Source of the DNA: a virus
Lineage: Duplodnaviria > Caudoviricetes
Direction: 5' to 3' (one strand)
DNA: 50,454 nucleotides
IMG/VR virus record: IMGVR_UViG_3300030328_001951
Span: 1-50,454 of that record
Positions 17,434 through 26,274 of the stretch are shown here, piece after piece (position 1 is the stretch's first letter; each line of letters opens with the position of its first letter). The notes under the pieces are model-generated. The model ran no database searches, was not told where the DNA came from, and saw nothing but the letters and a program-made list of their open reading frames with translations. Made by a program: the position numbers and the translations under genes.

Positions 17434-17457
17434 AAAAATTAACAAAAGGAGTAAACA

Positions 17458-17628
17458 ATGATAAAAGTAAAATCAAAAGATGAAATAATACAAAGACTTG
17501 TAGATATCCTATCTAGTGAACCTATCTCTGATAAAATCTATGAAAATGATATTTATGAAAGTGGTTTAATAGATGCACTTAAATGGGTTTTAACAATTGA
17601 CAAAGGAGATAAAGAATGCAACGATTAA
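17458..17628 (+). CDS. 56-aa hypothetical protein
   Basis: AAAGGAG RBS; MIKVKSKDEIIQRLV...GLIDALKWVL. Confidence 0.65.
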   Translation: MIKVKSKDEIIQRLVDILSSEPISDKIYENDIYESGLIDALKWVLTIDKGDKECND

Positions 17629-17975
17629 TAGTAAAACAAACAGCAAGAACCGAAGGGCTAATGATATTAGAACCAAATGAATACAAACGTAGTGCATACA
17701 ATTGGATTGATTTAGGTTTTGTATGTCGTGGTCACAGAAACGATGAGGGTATAATACTTGTACAAATGAAAATAGGTTTGTTAAAAAACTTAGGTGCAAA
17801 AGTAAAACATTATCCAAATGAAATTGTAGATGTAATAGAAAAATATTACGGAGAACAATATGGTATTAGACATAATACACCTCATCTTACTGAACGAGTA
17901 TTGTGGCGTAAGCCAAACAACTTAAAAAAGTTAATCAAAAAATATAAAGGAAAGGACATGAGAACAAAATGGTAA
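17616..17975 (+). CDS. Hypothetical protein
   Basis: 119 aa, AAAGGAG RBS. Confidence 0.65.
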   Translation: MQRLIVKQTARTEGLMILEPNEYKRSAYNWIDLGFVCRGHRNDEGIILVQMKIGLLKNLGAKVKHYPNEIVDVIEKYYGEQYGIRHNTPHLTERVLWRKPNNLKKLIKKYKGKDMRTKW

Positions 17976-18106
17976 TAACAGAACAAGATTTTGCAGTAAT
18001 GTGTGCTTGTCATGGAGGCAATCCTGACGATTATTCAAGATTCCAAAACTTAGGTGTTTGGATGTTTGAAGATGGCAGAATTATAGAACAAGAAGAGAAA
18101 AACTAA
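17969..18106 (+). CDS. 45-aa hypothetical protein
   Basis: MVITEQDFAVMCACHGGNPDDY...; overlaps the previous stop. Confidence 0.5.
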   Translation: MVITEQDFAVMCACHGGNPDDYSRFQNLGVWMFEDGRIIEQEEKN

Positions 18107-18230
18107 TAGTAATTCTCTTAGAAATGAATTAAATTCTAACAGGAATAAAGGAAGTAATTATTATGTTTCATCTTCCTTTGGTACACAAACTGCTTCCTTT
18201 ATTTCTAATATAAAACAAACGGAGGTAAAA

Positions 18231-18524
18231 ATGAGATGTATGATACATCCAAACGTCAAACCAGAAATGATTGAAACTAGTTATGTAGAGCTAGATTCAA
18301 TAACTGAAGAATATGTAACTAAAGGTCACGATGTTTTGTATTGCCCACAATGCTTTGAAGATGCATATGAAAAAGGTAAAACTATGCGTATGCAAATGCA
18401 AGCAGCACCTTTTAGATACGAATTAACTAAAGAAGAGTGTAGTGCGATAGAAATACAAAATAAACTAAGGGATTTAGAAAATAACCATATTGATAGATGG
18501 TTAGAAGGAGGAGAACATAAATGA
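18231..18524 (+). CDS. Zn-ribbon-like hypothetical protein
   Basis: CxxH...CPQC motif; GGAGG RBS. Confidence 0.65.
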   Translation: MRCMIHPNVKPEMIETSYVELDSITEEYVTKGHDVLYCPQCFEDAYEKGKTMRMQMQAAPFRYELTKEECSAIEIQNKLRDLENNHIDRWLEGGEHK

Positions 18525-18814
18525 ATAAAATGACATTACTTGGTCAATTTAGTAAAACATTAGGTTATCTTGCTTTTGGTTTAAACAATGTGTTACGATT
18601 CGTAGGTACAGCAACTAGTAAAGTTGGTAATGTTGTTAGTAATAAACAACGTTACGACATAGAAGTACTTGTTGATGGAGCTACAACAATAACACATAAA
18701 AACCAAACAGAAGTACAATTGCGTAATTGTCTTGAGGGCATGGATAGATTTGGTGTTACAGAAGTAATTATAAAACAACATCTTAAACAACAGGAGAAAG
18801 AAAATGACAACTAA
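18521..18814 (+). CDS. Hypothetical protein
   Basis: 97 aa, GGAGGAG RBS, amphipathic N-terminus. Confidence 0.65.
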   Translation: MNKMTLLGQFSKTLGYLAFGLNNVLRFVGTATSKVGNVVSNKQRYDIEVLVDGATTITHKNQTEVQLRNCLEGMDRFGVTEVIIKQHLKQQEKENDN

Positions 18815-18953
18815 AGAGTTATTAAAAGACATACAAGAGTTTCTTGACCAACTTGGTACAGCTAAACCATTGTATGTAACTAAAGCTAAAGAGTTATCAA
18901 AAGCTATTGATTATCACTTAGGAGTTTATGATAATGTATCTGAAATTAAATAA
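18804..18953 (+). CDS. 49-aa hypothetical protein
   Basis: AGGAG RBS; MTTKELLKDIQEFLDQL... Confidence 0.6.
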   Translation: MTTKELLKDIQEFLDQLGTAKPLYVTKAKELSKAIDYHLGVYDNVSEIK

Positions 18954-19131
18954 AGATAATAGGTTACAGTTTGGGGTGCTTTTAACACTAGACGAAGTAG
19001 ATACAATTATACTTGGTTTAGAAAAGTTATCAGCACCAAAAGCTGACACTTTACAAACAGAGCTTTTTCATTTAAAGGCTAAAGCTAAAATTAAAGGAAG
19101 ACAAACCTATGGAGAAACAAAAAAACTGTGA
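18928..19131 (+). CDS. Hypothetical protein
   Basis: 67 aa, AGGAG RBS. Confidence 0.55.
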   Translation: MIMYLKLNKDNRLQFGVLLTLDEVDTIILGLEKLSAPKADTLQTELFHLKAKAKIKGRQTYGETKKL

Positions 19132-19240
19132 ACATGAAAACAAAGAATATATTCCTGCAGAAATTGAAAACAATGTGCAGGAAAATTTAATTTGTTTAGA
19201 CTGTCACACAAACTTATCACTAGAAAGGGAGGACATATGA
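19109..19240 (+). CDS. 43-aa Zn-finger-like peptide
   Basis: CEH...CLDC; AAAGGA RBS; ATGA overlap with the DUF932 gene. Confidence 0.55.
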   Translation: MEKQKNCEHENKEYIPAEIENNVQENLICLDCHTNLSLEREDI

Positions 19241-20238
19241 GTCCAGCATTTATAGATAATATGATGTACGTTGGAGATACACCTTGGCACAAGCAAGGAA
19301 TTAGAGTGCAAGATGCTCCAACAATAGAAGAAGCATTACAATATGCTAAATTAGGTTGGAAAGTAAATAAACGTAAAACTTATTACTTTGACAACAATAT
19401 ACACAACCAAGCAATGCCTACTGGAGGATACTGCACATATAGAGCAGATACTGGTCAGGTACTAGGTAAAGGTGTGTCTGAAAGATATGGTGTTTTACAA
19501 AACGAAGAAGCTTTTGCACCATTTGAACCATTACTAGATATGGGTTTCAAATTAGAAACAGCTGGTAGCGTTCAAGATGGTAGAAAAGTATGGATACTTG
19601 CTAAATCACCAGAAAGATATACTGTTGGAAACGATGACGTAATAGACCAATATGTATTATTATATACATCACACGATGGTTCAGCTGGTAGTGTTTTCAG
19701 ACCTACAGGTGTTCGTGTAGTATGTTACAATACTATTGAACTAGCATTATCAAAACAGGCTAAATGGAACTATTCATTAAAACATACTAGTAGCATTAAA
19801 GAACGAGTAAAGAATCTTACAAATATAATAGCAAGATCTAACGGTGACTTTAAAACTGCTATTAATGATATGAATAATTTCAACGAAGTAGAAATGAACG
19901 AAGATTCATTAGACTTATATCTTGAAACAGTTATACCATTCTTAAAAGACAGAAACAAAGAATCCAAACCTGATATGGATATATTTGTACGCAATACTGC
20001 GTTACCTGTATATAATAAGATAAAAGATAACTTTTACAATGGTATAGGTAATAAAGGTGAAACACTATGGGATGCATACAATGCAATAACACAGTACTAC
20101 ACACATGACAAACAATACAAAGACTGGGTAAGAACTACACAGTTTGGTGCTGGCTATGATTATAATGTAAAAGCATTTAAAATAGCACAGAAGTTTGTAA
20201 AAGTTACAAAAAAACAACAACACATTAGTTTAAACTAG
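19237..20238 (+). CDS. DUF932 (phage/plasmid LGT_TIGR03299-like) protein
   Basis: PWH, YGVLQNEEAF, ETAGSV.DGRKVWILA, TSHDGS, VRVVCYNT and TLWDAYNAITQY motifs. GGAGG RBS before the ATG at 19237. Confidence 0.85.
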   Translation: MSPAFIDNMMYVGDTPWHKQGIRVQDAPTIEEALQYAKLGWKVNKRKTYYFDNNIHNQAMPTGGYCTYRADTGQVLGKGVSERYGVLQNEEAFAPFEPLLDMGFKLETAGSVQDGRKVWILAKSPERYTVGNDDVIDQYVLLYTSHDGSAGSVFRPTGVRVVCYNTIELALSKQAKWNYSLKHTSSIKERVKNLTNIIARSNGDFKTAINDMNNFNEVEMNEDSLDLYLETVIPFLKDRNKESKPDMDIFVRNTALPVYNKIKDNFYNGIGNKGETLWDAYNAITQYYTHDKQYKDWVRTTQFGAGYDYNVKAFKIAQKFVKVTKKQQHISLN

Positions 20239-20248
20239 GAGGTAATTA

Positions 20249-20872
20249 ATGAGTGACTTTAAAACAGCAACTATTACAGAAAAACTAAATTACATACAGC
20301 ATGAGCTGAAAGTAAAAAAGTCAAATGTAAATAGTTTTGCTAAATTTAACTACAGAACACTAGATGACATCTTTGAAAATGTAAAGCCGCTGCTAGATAA
20401 AACTGGTTGCATTATTACAATTTCTGATGAACTAGTAGACAAAAACAATGGTACATACATTAAAGCAACAGTTGAACTATCTGATGGAAATGATTCTAAA
20501 TCTGTAGATGCATTTGCTAGAGAATCTGTTGGTAAAAAAGGTATGGATGACCCACAGATGACAGGTACTGCATCAACGTATGCTCGTAAGTATGCTTGTA
20601 ATGGTTTGTTTGCTATTGATGATACAGAAGATTCTGATAGTATGGATAATCGTAAACAGACATTGCTTAATGGTAAAGAACCTACAAAAGGTCACATAAC
20701 TGTAGAGCAAAATATCAAGTTAGATAGATTATCACGAGATCCAGCTTTAAAAGGTTCTGGTACTTCAGCAAAGGTTAGAAAATTAATTGACGAAAACCCT
20801 ACTGAAGAAAGAGCTGCTAAAGCTATAACTAAATTACAAAACGCAATTAAAAAAGCAAAGGAGACTAAATAA
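20249..20872 (+). CDS. erf: ERF-family ssDNA annealing protein
   Basis: FNYRTLDDI and KGMDDPQMTGTASTYARKYACNGLFAIDD signature. Confidence 0.9.
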   Translation: MSDFKTATITEKLNYIQHELKVKKSNVNSFAKFNYRTLDDIFENVKPLLDKTGCIITISDELVDKNNGTYIKATVELSDGNDSKSVDAFARESVGKKGMDDPQMTGTASTYARKYACNGLFAIDDTEDSDSMDNRKQTLLNGKEPTKGHITVEQNIKLDRLSRDPALKGSGTSAKVRKLIDENPTEERAAKAITKLQNAIKKAKETK

Positions 20873-21402
20873 TGGCTGCATGTTACAGACAAGTCGTTAA
20901 AGCTAAATCAGTATCAGTAAGATACAATGAACCACCTAAATCATATATGAATTGGAACAATGATGTATGTTTAGATGTTGTAATAGAAAAACAAAGTAAA
21001 GATGGTGAGTCTTATGACTACACATTTACTATTTTTGGAAACTACAAAAAAGACAACCCTAAAAACAAATGGGGAAGTGCATTTAAAGTTTCTAAATTCT
21101 TTGAGGCTGTAGGTGTTAACACTAAAGACATCAACGATGATATGATAATACCTGATGCGTGGTTTGACCAAGCAGTAGGTAAAGAGTTTTCTTATATTAC
21201 ATATCCTAGTGATAGGCTTAAAGACGATGGTAAACCATTTTGGAATGATTATGACATTGTTATGTCAGCAGCTGCTGGTCAAGATGCTCACAAAGCAGAT
21301 TTTGACAAGCAAGTAGCTGATGGATGGATTAAAGTCTATGAAGAACCTACTGAAGAACCTTCTGCTGATAGTTCTGATGTAGATGACGATATGGACTTAT
21401 AA
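20872..21402 (+). CDS. Putative ssDNA-binding protein
   Basis: Follows ERF; beta-rich core and acidic tail ending DVDDDMDL. Confidence 0.6.
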   Translation: MAACYRQVVKAKSVSVRYNEPPKSYMNWNNDVCLDVVIEKQSKDGESYDYTFTIFGNYKKDNPKNKWGSAFKVSKFFEAVGVNTKDINDDMIIPDAWFDQAVGKEFSYITYPSDRLKDDGKPFWNDYDIVMSAAAGQDAHKADFDKQVADGWIKVYEEPTEEPSADSSDVDDDMDL

Positions 21403-21674
21403 TGCATAAGCCTACAGTAAAATCAATATTACTGAATTGGCTTAAATCTCGTATAGACGCTGGTAACTTTTTAGTTGCCAGCCACGAGATTGAGCAAGAC
21501 CTAAGAGATTATGGTTTGTTATTTTACGATACCATGTTTAATGCAGGTACTGCAGGTAGACAATGGCGTGAATTTAAACGTAATCCTGAGCTAATGAAGG
21601 CTATTGATGTAAAAGAAGTTAAACAAATACAAACAAAAAGCACAGAACACACATGGGAATTAATAACTATCTAA
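21402..21674 (+). CDS. Winged-HTH-like protein
   Basis: SHEIE...AGTAGRQWREFK recognition-helix-like segment and a C-terminal beta hairpin. Confidence 0.4.
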   Translation: MHKPTVKSILLNWLKSRIDAGNFLVASHEIEQDLRDYGLLFYDTMFNAGTAGRQWREFKRNPELMKAIDVKEVKQIQTKSTEHTWELITI

Positions 21675-23494
21675 TAGAATACGCAATTAATACAATTGCA
21701 AATCGCAAAAAGTTCTGTACGCTTGCTGATTTCAAAGATGTGCTAAACAAAAACAAAGGGAGAGAACTATATCGTAGTATGTTCTTATATCATCCTGATG
21801 AAATAAATAAGCATTTTGAAGAAAATGGTAGCGTAGCTAAATACAATGGCAAACAGGCAATAGATAAGTTATATATTGACGTAGACCTAGAAGGACAAAA
21901 ACAAGGTGATGAAACAATAAATAAAGTTGGTAACCTTGTTAATGACATTCTAAAGTTAGGTGTTAAACATGAACACATTAACGTATGGTTTTCTGGTAGA
22001 GGTTTTCACATACATTTACCAGATATATATGGTTTTGAACCTAGCAGCAGCATTGCAGCACAAGTTCGTGCAACTATGCAACGTGATTTTGCTAAGTACA
22101 TAGATAATATATACGATAATACGAGACTTATTCGTTCAAGCTATTCTCTTAACAAAAAATCAAACAGGTATAAAGTTCCCTTACCTTTATCAGCAGTTAC
22201 TTCTAACAAATGGTCATACACATATGTATTGGATTTCGCTAAAACCAATTCTAAAATGTATGCACATAAGAAGTTACCTGATAAGGTAAGTGAGCTTTAC
22301 CCTAGCTTACTTCCACATATACCTAGTAAGAAAAATGAAAAAGTAACTAAAGCTATATTTACTAATGTCAAATACAAACCAACAAAGCATATTACATGTA
22401 TACAACATATGTATAATGCTGGTTACGTACATGGACATAGACATAAGCATTTATTACGTCTTGCTAGTTTGTGGATAACAAAGTTTGGTTTTCCAAAAGA
22501 AGCTGTTATGAGTATGGCTAGAACTTGGAACAATTCATTAACACAACCATTGCCTAATGAAGAAGTTAGTACTGTACTAAGAAGTATTACTAACAAAGAT
22601 GGATATAACTTTAGTTGTAGAGATGAAGTGCTTTCTAAGTATTGCGATAGTAAATGTACTTTATATAGATACAAAGATCTGGATGAAAATATAACAGCAG
22701 TTAATTCTAGTCAGATGGCACAAATATTACTAGAAGCTTACACAGAAGATTTTACTAATAGGTCTTTTAACATAAAGGAAATATTTCCATTTATGACACA
22801 AGACTATGTAATCAAATGTGGTGAGCTTGTAGTACTTACAGGTGACACTAAACTAGGTAAAACTGCATTCTGGCAATACATTATTGCTAATATAGATATT
22901 CCAACATTGTTTCTATCTTTAGAAGTACAAGCTAAACTAATGTCTAGACGATTCTATCAAATTGCTCTAAACCAAAGCAAAACACAAATTGAAAATATGT
23001 TTATTGCTGGTGATAGACCAAAAATAGAAGAAGCAGTCAATAGATTAGAACATCTACAAATTATAGATGCCAGCACAGCACCTGATATAAGTCAATATGC
23101 TGAAATGGTAGATAAACATGATGTTAAAATTATTGTTGTAGACACACTAGACGTTGTACAAGCTAAGTTTGCTAAAAAAGAACCATTGCAACAGCAAATA
23201 TATATTGTTAATGCTCTCAAAAACCTTGCAGTCGAAAAAGACATTATTGTACTTGCAGTTAACCATTTATCAAAAAGTGCAAGCTACAGACATAAAGAAG
23301 GTGAAGAGCTTGATGTATATAGTGCTAAAGGTGCTAGTGATGTAGCACAAAAATCTGATAAAATCATAGCGTTTATGGGTAATAAACAAAGTAAAAAGCG
23401 TAAGATAAAATCTCTTGCGTCTCGTGATGAATCAGACTTTGAAATAGTTACAGCATTTGATTGGAAAACATTTAGTTTTTCTAAATATGCTTAA
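21653..23494 (+). CDS. AEP primase(-polymerase) fused to a PriCT/Cys-rich domain and a DnaB/RecA-like helicase
   Basis: AEP motifs YIDVD, SGRGFHIH and IYDNTRLIRS; Cys cluster SCRD...YCDSKC; Walker A GDTKLGKT; Walker B IIVVD. Confidence 0.85.
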   Translation: MGINNYLIEYAINTIANRKKFCTLADFKDVLNKNKGRELYRSMFLYHPDEINKHFEENGSVAKYNGKQAIDKLYIDVDLEGQKQGDETINKVGNLVNDILKLGVKHEHINVWFSGRGFHIHLPDIYGFEPSSSIAAQVRATMQRDFAKYIDNIYDNTRLIRSSYSLNKKSNRYKVPLPLSAVTSNKWSYTYVLDFAKTNSKMYAHKKLPDKVSELYPSLLPHIPSKKNEKVTKAIFTNVKYKPTKHITCIQHMYNAGYVHGHRHKHLLRLASLWITKFGFPKEAVMSMARTWNNSLTQPLPNEEVSTVLRSITNKDGYNFSCRDEVLSKYCDSKCTLYRYKDLDENITAVNSSQMAQILLEAYTEDFTNRSFNIKEIFPFMTQDYVIKCGELVVLTGDTKLGKTAFWQYIIANIDIPTLFLSLEVQAKLMSRRFYQIALNQSKTQIENMFIAGDRPKIEEAVNRLEHLQIIDASTAPDISQYAEMVDKHDVKIIVVDTLDVVQAKFAKKEPLQQQIYIVNALKNLAVEKDIIVLAVNHLSKSASYRHKEGEELDVYSAKGASDVAQKSDKIIAFMGNKQSKKRKIKSLASRDESDFEIVTAFDWKTFSFSKYA

Positions 23495-23506
23495 ATAAAC
23501 AACATA

Positions 23507-23535
23507 AGTGAGGGGAGCTAACAACTTCCCTCATT
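23507..23535 (+). terminator. Hairpin after the primase-helicase gene
   Basis: AAGTGAGGGGAG...CTTCCCTCATTT inverted repeat. Confidence 0.4.
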
Positions 23536-23553
23536 TATAAATAAAAGGGTACT

Positions 23554-23790
23554 ATGAAAAATACAACACATTACACTATACTAGGTGTACCAATAGTTAA
23601 AATATCAAAAAGAGTAGATAGTGACGGAACCAATACCTATCATAGTAATAGAATAATATTGTTCAATTTATTTTTGTTTGGTGCAGGATACGCCTCACAA
23701 AAAGAGAGTGAACACATACATTTTAACGTAGGAATTACAAAGTTTGAATTACTTTGGAGTTTCTGCATAAGAAAAAGGTGGTTATTATGA
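23554..23790 (+). CDS. Hypothetical protein
   Basis: 78-aa ORF in operon context. Confidence 0.55.
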   Translation: MKNTTHYTILGVPIVKISKRVDSDGTNTYHSNRIILFNLFLFGAGYASQKESEHIHFNVGITKFELLWSFCIRKRWLL

Positions 23791-23972
23791 AAATATATCC
23801 TAATTTAGCATCAACTAAGATGCAACAATTAATATCATTACTAAGTGATTTAGAACATACTGATAGACAACGTATGTCTAGCGATGGTCAAGAAGCACTT
23901 GATAATATATTTGAGCTACTAGGCATGCCTAAATATGATGATGTTATTAGAAAATCAGAAGAGGAAGAATAA
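23787..23972 (+). CDS. Hypothetical protein
   Basis: Likely start MKIYPN (ATGA overlap) within track ORF 23754-23972. Confidence 0.55.
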   Translation: MKIYPNLASTKMQQLISLLSDLEHTDRQRMSSDGQEALDNIFELLGMPKYDDVIRKSEEEE

Positions 23973-23973
23973 C

Positions 23974-24189
23974 ATGGCTAAATACGAATGGAATGTAACA
24001 AGACAAAAAGCTGGTACTGAAATATATGTAAGTAACGCTTATAAAGATTTCTTTATAGGTGAGCAAGACGAACATACTTCAGAAGAATCTGCAAGAATGA
24101 CTATTCTAATTGCACATATATGTAAAAATGCATTGAATGAGAATAATCCATATAAAGAACATGAGGATTATACAAATGAGCGGAGGTAG
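23974..24189 (+). CDS. Hypothetical protein
   Basis: Likely start MAKYEW after GAGGA, within track ORF 23935-24189. Confidence 0.55.
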   Translation: MAKYEWNVTRQKAGTEIYVSNAYKDFFIGEQDEHTSEESARMTILIAHICKNALNENNPYKEHEDYTNERR

Positions 24190-24505
24190 AGCAGCTAAAC
24201 AAAAAGGCAATCGAGTAGAACGAGAATGTGTTAATCTAGCTAAAGGATTTGGCTTTGAATCACGCAGAGCGTGGGGTTCAGATGGAAGATCCCTTGGTTG
24301 GCACGAAGAAGTAGATATGACTATAGATAAACAAGGTGATTCTGTACCATATAAATTTCAAGTAAAAGCTCGTAAGAAAATTGGTGACCTATATAAACCT
24401 TGTGATGATGTTTATGGACAAATCATAAAGGAAGATAGAGGAGAACCATTAGTAACTATACGTTACAAAGACTTCTTACTCTTATTAAAACAAATAACGG
24501 GGTAG
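24176..24505 (+). CDS. Hjc-like Holliday junction resolvase (PD-(D/E)XK)
   Basis: KQKGNRVERE...EEVD...FQVKARK motif; GAGGA RBS before the ATG at 24176. Confidence 0.8.
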   Translation: MSGGRAAKQKGNRVERECVNLAKGFGFESRRAWGSDGRSLGWHEEVDMTIDKQGDSVPYKFQVKARKKIGDLYKPCDDVYGQIIKEDRGEPLVTIRYKDFLLLLKQITG

Positions 24506-24582
24506 AAGAGTCTTTTTTAAATAATATTTGGAAAAGGCTGACATATGATAGCTCTGATACTGGTATGTGGCAGAGCAAACTT

Positions 24583-24617
24583 AAGGGTGGTACTGATTGG
24601 CGTTAGTGCCACCTTTT
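24583..24617 (+). terminator. Rho-independent terminator-like hairpin
   Basis: AAGGGTGGTACTGA...TTAGTGCCACCTTTT. Confidence 0.45.
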
Positions 24618-24635
24618 AACAACTAGGAGATAATT

Positions 24636-24815
24636 ATGAATAAACAAATCCAAACAGACATAGAAGATATAACTAGTATCTTAAACCATGTGGAAAGTTT
24701 TACATCATGTCCTCACGTTAAAGATGCAGTACCATTACTTAAAATTAAATATAATCGTATAAAGGAATATATAGATGGCTCATATCATAGAGAACTTCTT
24801 GGCAAGGACTACTAG
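24636..24815 (+). CDS. 59-aa hypothetical protein
   Basis: AGGAG RBS; MNKQIQTDIEDI... Confidence 0.6.
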   Translation: MNKQIQTDIEDITSILNHVESFTSCPHVKDAVPLLKIKYNRIKEYIDGSYHRELLGKDY

Positions 24816-25029
24816 AAACGAAGTTACAAAAACAAAGGGACATAAAAGTTGTGGATTAGATAAAAAAGCTGATAAAAACATTAAACATTGTAATAAATGT
24901 AAACGTTGCTGGGAACCAGTATGTAAGCCTAATAGTTCTAAAACACAATTTTTGTGGTACGATAATTTTCCTGCGTATGGAAAGGAAAAACAAACATGTC
25001 CAACATGTCTAAACAATACAAACAATTAG
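24775..25029 (+). CDS. Zn-finger protein
   Basis: CNKCKRCWE...FPAYGKEKQTCPTC. Confidence 0.65.
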   Translation: MAHIIENFLARTTRNEVTKTKGHKSCGLDKKADKNIKHCNKCKRCWEPVCKPNSSKTQFLWYDNFPAYGKEKQTCPTCLNNTNN

Positions 25030-25148
25030 AAGAAATGTTACAAAAAGCAATAGATGGATATGATAAAATTATTACAACTAGTGCTGATAGCGGTACAATA
25101 AAACGTATTGCTCAAGAACATTTAGATAAAATAATAAAAAACAAATAA
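24996..25148 (+). CDS. 50-aa hypothetical protein
   Basis: AAAGGA RBS; fills the gap between neighbouring genes. Confidence 0.5.
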   Translation: MSNMSKQYKQLEEMLQKAIDGYDKIITTSADSGTIKRIAQEHLDKIIKNK

Positions 25149-25157
25149 AGGGAATTT

Positions 25158-25442
25158 ATGGGAAATATATTAGATACAGACCATTTTCAAAAACAAATTG
25201 AAATTGGAGAACAGTACGTTGAAAGAGCTATAAAAGGTATCACACCTGATATAGTTAGGTCAATGAATGCAGGTGAAGTTTATGAACATAACGATACTCA
25301 TCATTTATACAGCTATACTACAGATGGTATAGAATTAGAAGAAGGCGAATCTTATGTAGTATTAAAAGACAATATTACTGATGAAGAAATAGCGGTACTA
25401 TTGCTACATAAAGACAAAATATCATATCAAATGTTAATCTAG
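25158..25442 (+). CDS. Hypothetical acidic protein
   Basis: 94-aa ORF. Confidence 0.65.
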   Translation: MGNILDTDHFQKQIEIGEQYVERAIKGITPDIVRSMNAGEVYEHNDTHHLYSYTTDGIELEEGESYVVLKDNITDEEIAVLLLHKDKISYQMLI

Positions 25443-25450
25443 GAGGTTAT

Positions 25451-25648
25451 ATGAAAACATATTACTTTGAAGCTTTATGCTCTGTAACAATTGAAGTAAA
25501 CGATAGTAAACTAGATGATGATGTAATAAAATACATTAATGAAGACCCATTACATCACATTAATAAAAACCCAGATGTAACTGTACAAGAAATATTTAAA
25601 CGTACACCAGATGGGCTTGCTTGGGAAAAAATACAGGAGGTATTATGA
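25451..25648 (+). CDS. Hypothetical protein
   Basis: 65 aa, AGGAGG RBS. Confidence 0.65.
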   Translation: MKTYYFEALCSVTIEVNDSKLDDDVIKYINEDPLHHINKNPDVTVQEIFKRTPDGLAWEKIQEVL

Positions 25649-25830
25649 ACAAAAAGCAAATAAAAGAAGTCTTTAAAAACTATAAAGTACAGCTAGGTGC
25701 TGGTGCTTTAGAAGTTGTTGAAGACGAATTAAACCGTTATGTAAGAATAATGGCTGTTAACTGTAACAATGGAAACCTAAAAAGGCTTACCCCAGATACT
25801 ATGTGGGTAGCTTTAGGTAGACATGAGTGA
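25645..25830 (+). CDS. Histone-fold protein (prokaryotic/phage histone-like)
   Basis: 61 aa from the ATG at 25645 (AGGAGG RBS). Helix 1 KKQIKEVFKNY, long helix 2 GALEVVEDELNRYVRIMAVNC, loop NLKRLT, helix 3 PDTMWVAL. Confidence 0.6.
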   Translation: MNKKQIKEVFKNYKVQLGAGALEVVEDELNRYVRIMAVNCNNGNLKRLTPDTMWVALGRHE

Positions 25831-26014
25831 TAGTATAAACGATGAGGTTGCCACGCTCATACAAGAACGCCTTGATAAAGGTGCAGAAAAGTATGGGCGT
25901 GACATACCTTTAACTGATAAAAGAGATTTCTTGCAAGAATCAATAGAGGAAGCACTAGATGGTGCTATATACCTTGCATGTTTTCTTATACAAATAAAAA
26001 GGGGAATAAAATGA
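25823..26014 (+). CDS. Minimal all-alpha NTP pyrophosphohydrolase (MazG-like)
   Basis: GAEKYG...FLQESIEEALDGAIYL, an ExxEExxD motif. Confidence 0.6.
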   Translation: MSDSINDEVATLIQERLDKGAEKYGRDIPLTDKRDFLQESIEEALDGAIYLACFLIQIKRGIK

Positions 26015-26274
26015 AACTAACATATTATGTTAAAAAGCAAATAGATAGTGAAGACATTACAGACATTAATATATATGGTGCTGATATAGCTGACTATCCA
26101 GATCTCTCTGACGCTTATATAGCAAATATAACACATAAAAATGTATCTCTAACTGCAGAAGACTGTGAATCGTTACAAGAAGAAAACGATGAATGGTTTT
26201 ATGAACTAGCTTTAGAAGCAGCTAGAGAACCATTTGTAACTAGTTTACCAGATGAGTACGAACATGGGGTATAG
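26011..26274 (+). CDS. Hypothetical protein
   Basis: Likely start MKLTYY (ATGA overlap); contains a DYPDLSDAYI motif. Confidence 0.6.
   Translation: MKLTYYVKKQIDSEDITDINIYGADIADYPDLSDAYIANITHKNVSLTAEDCESLQEENDEWFYELALEAAREPFVTSLPDEYEHGV

Noticed and set aside
16597-17457. tRNA, tmRNA, RNase P RNA, group I intron or CRISPR array in the non-coding island
   Set aside because: No T-loop/CCA cloverleaf, no RNase P or P7 consensus in the right order, and no regularly spaced repeats.
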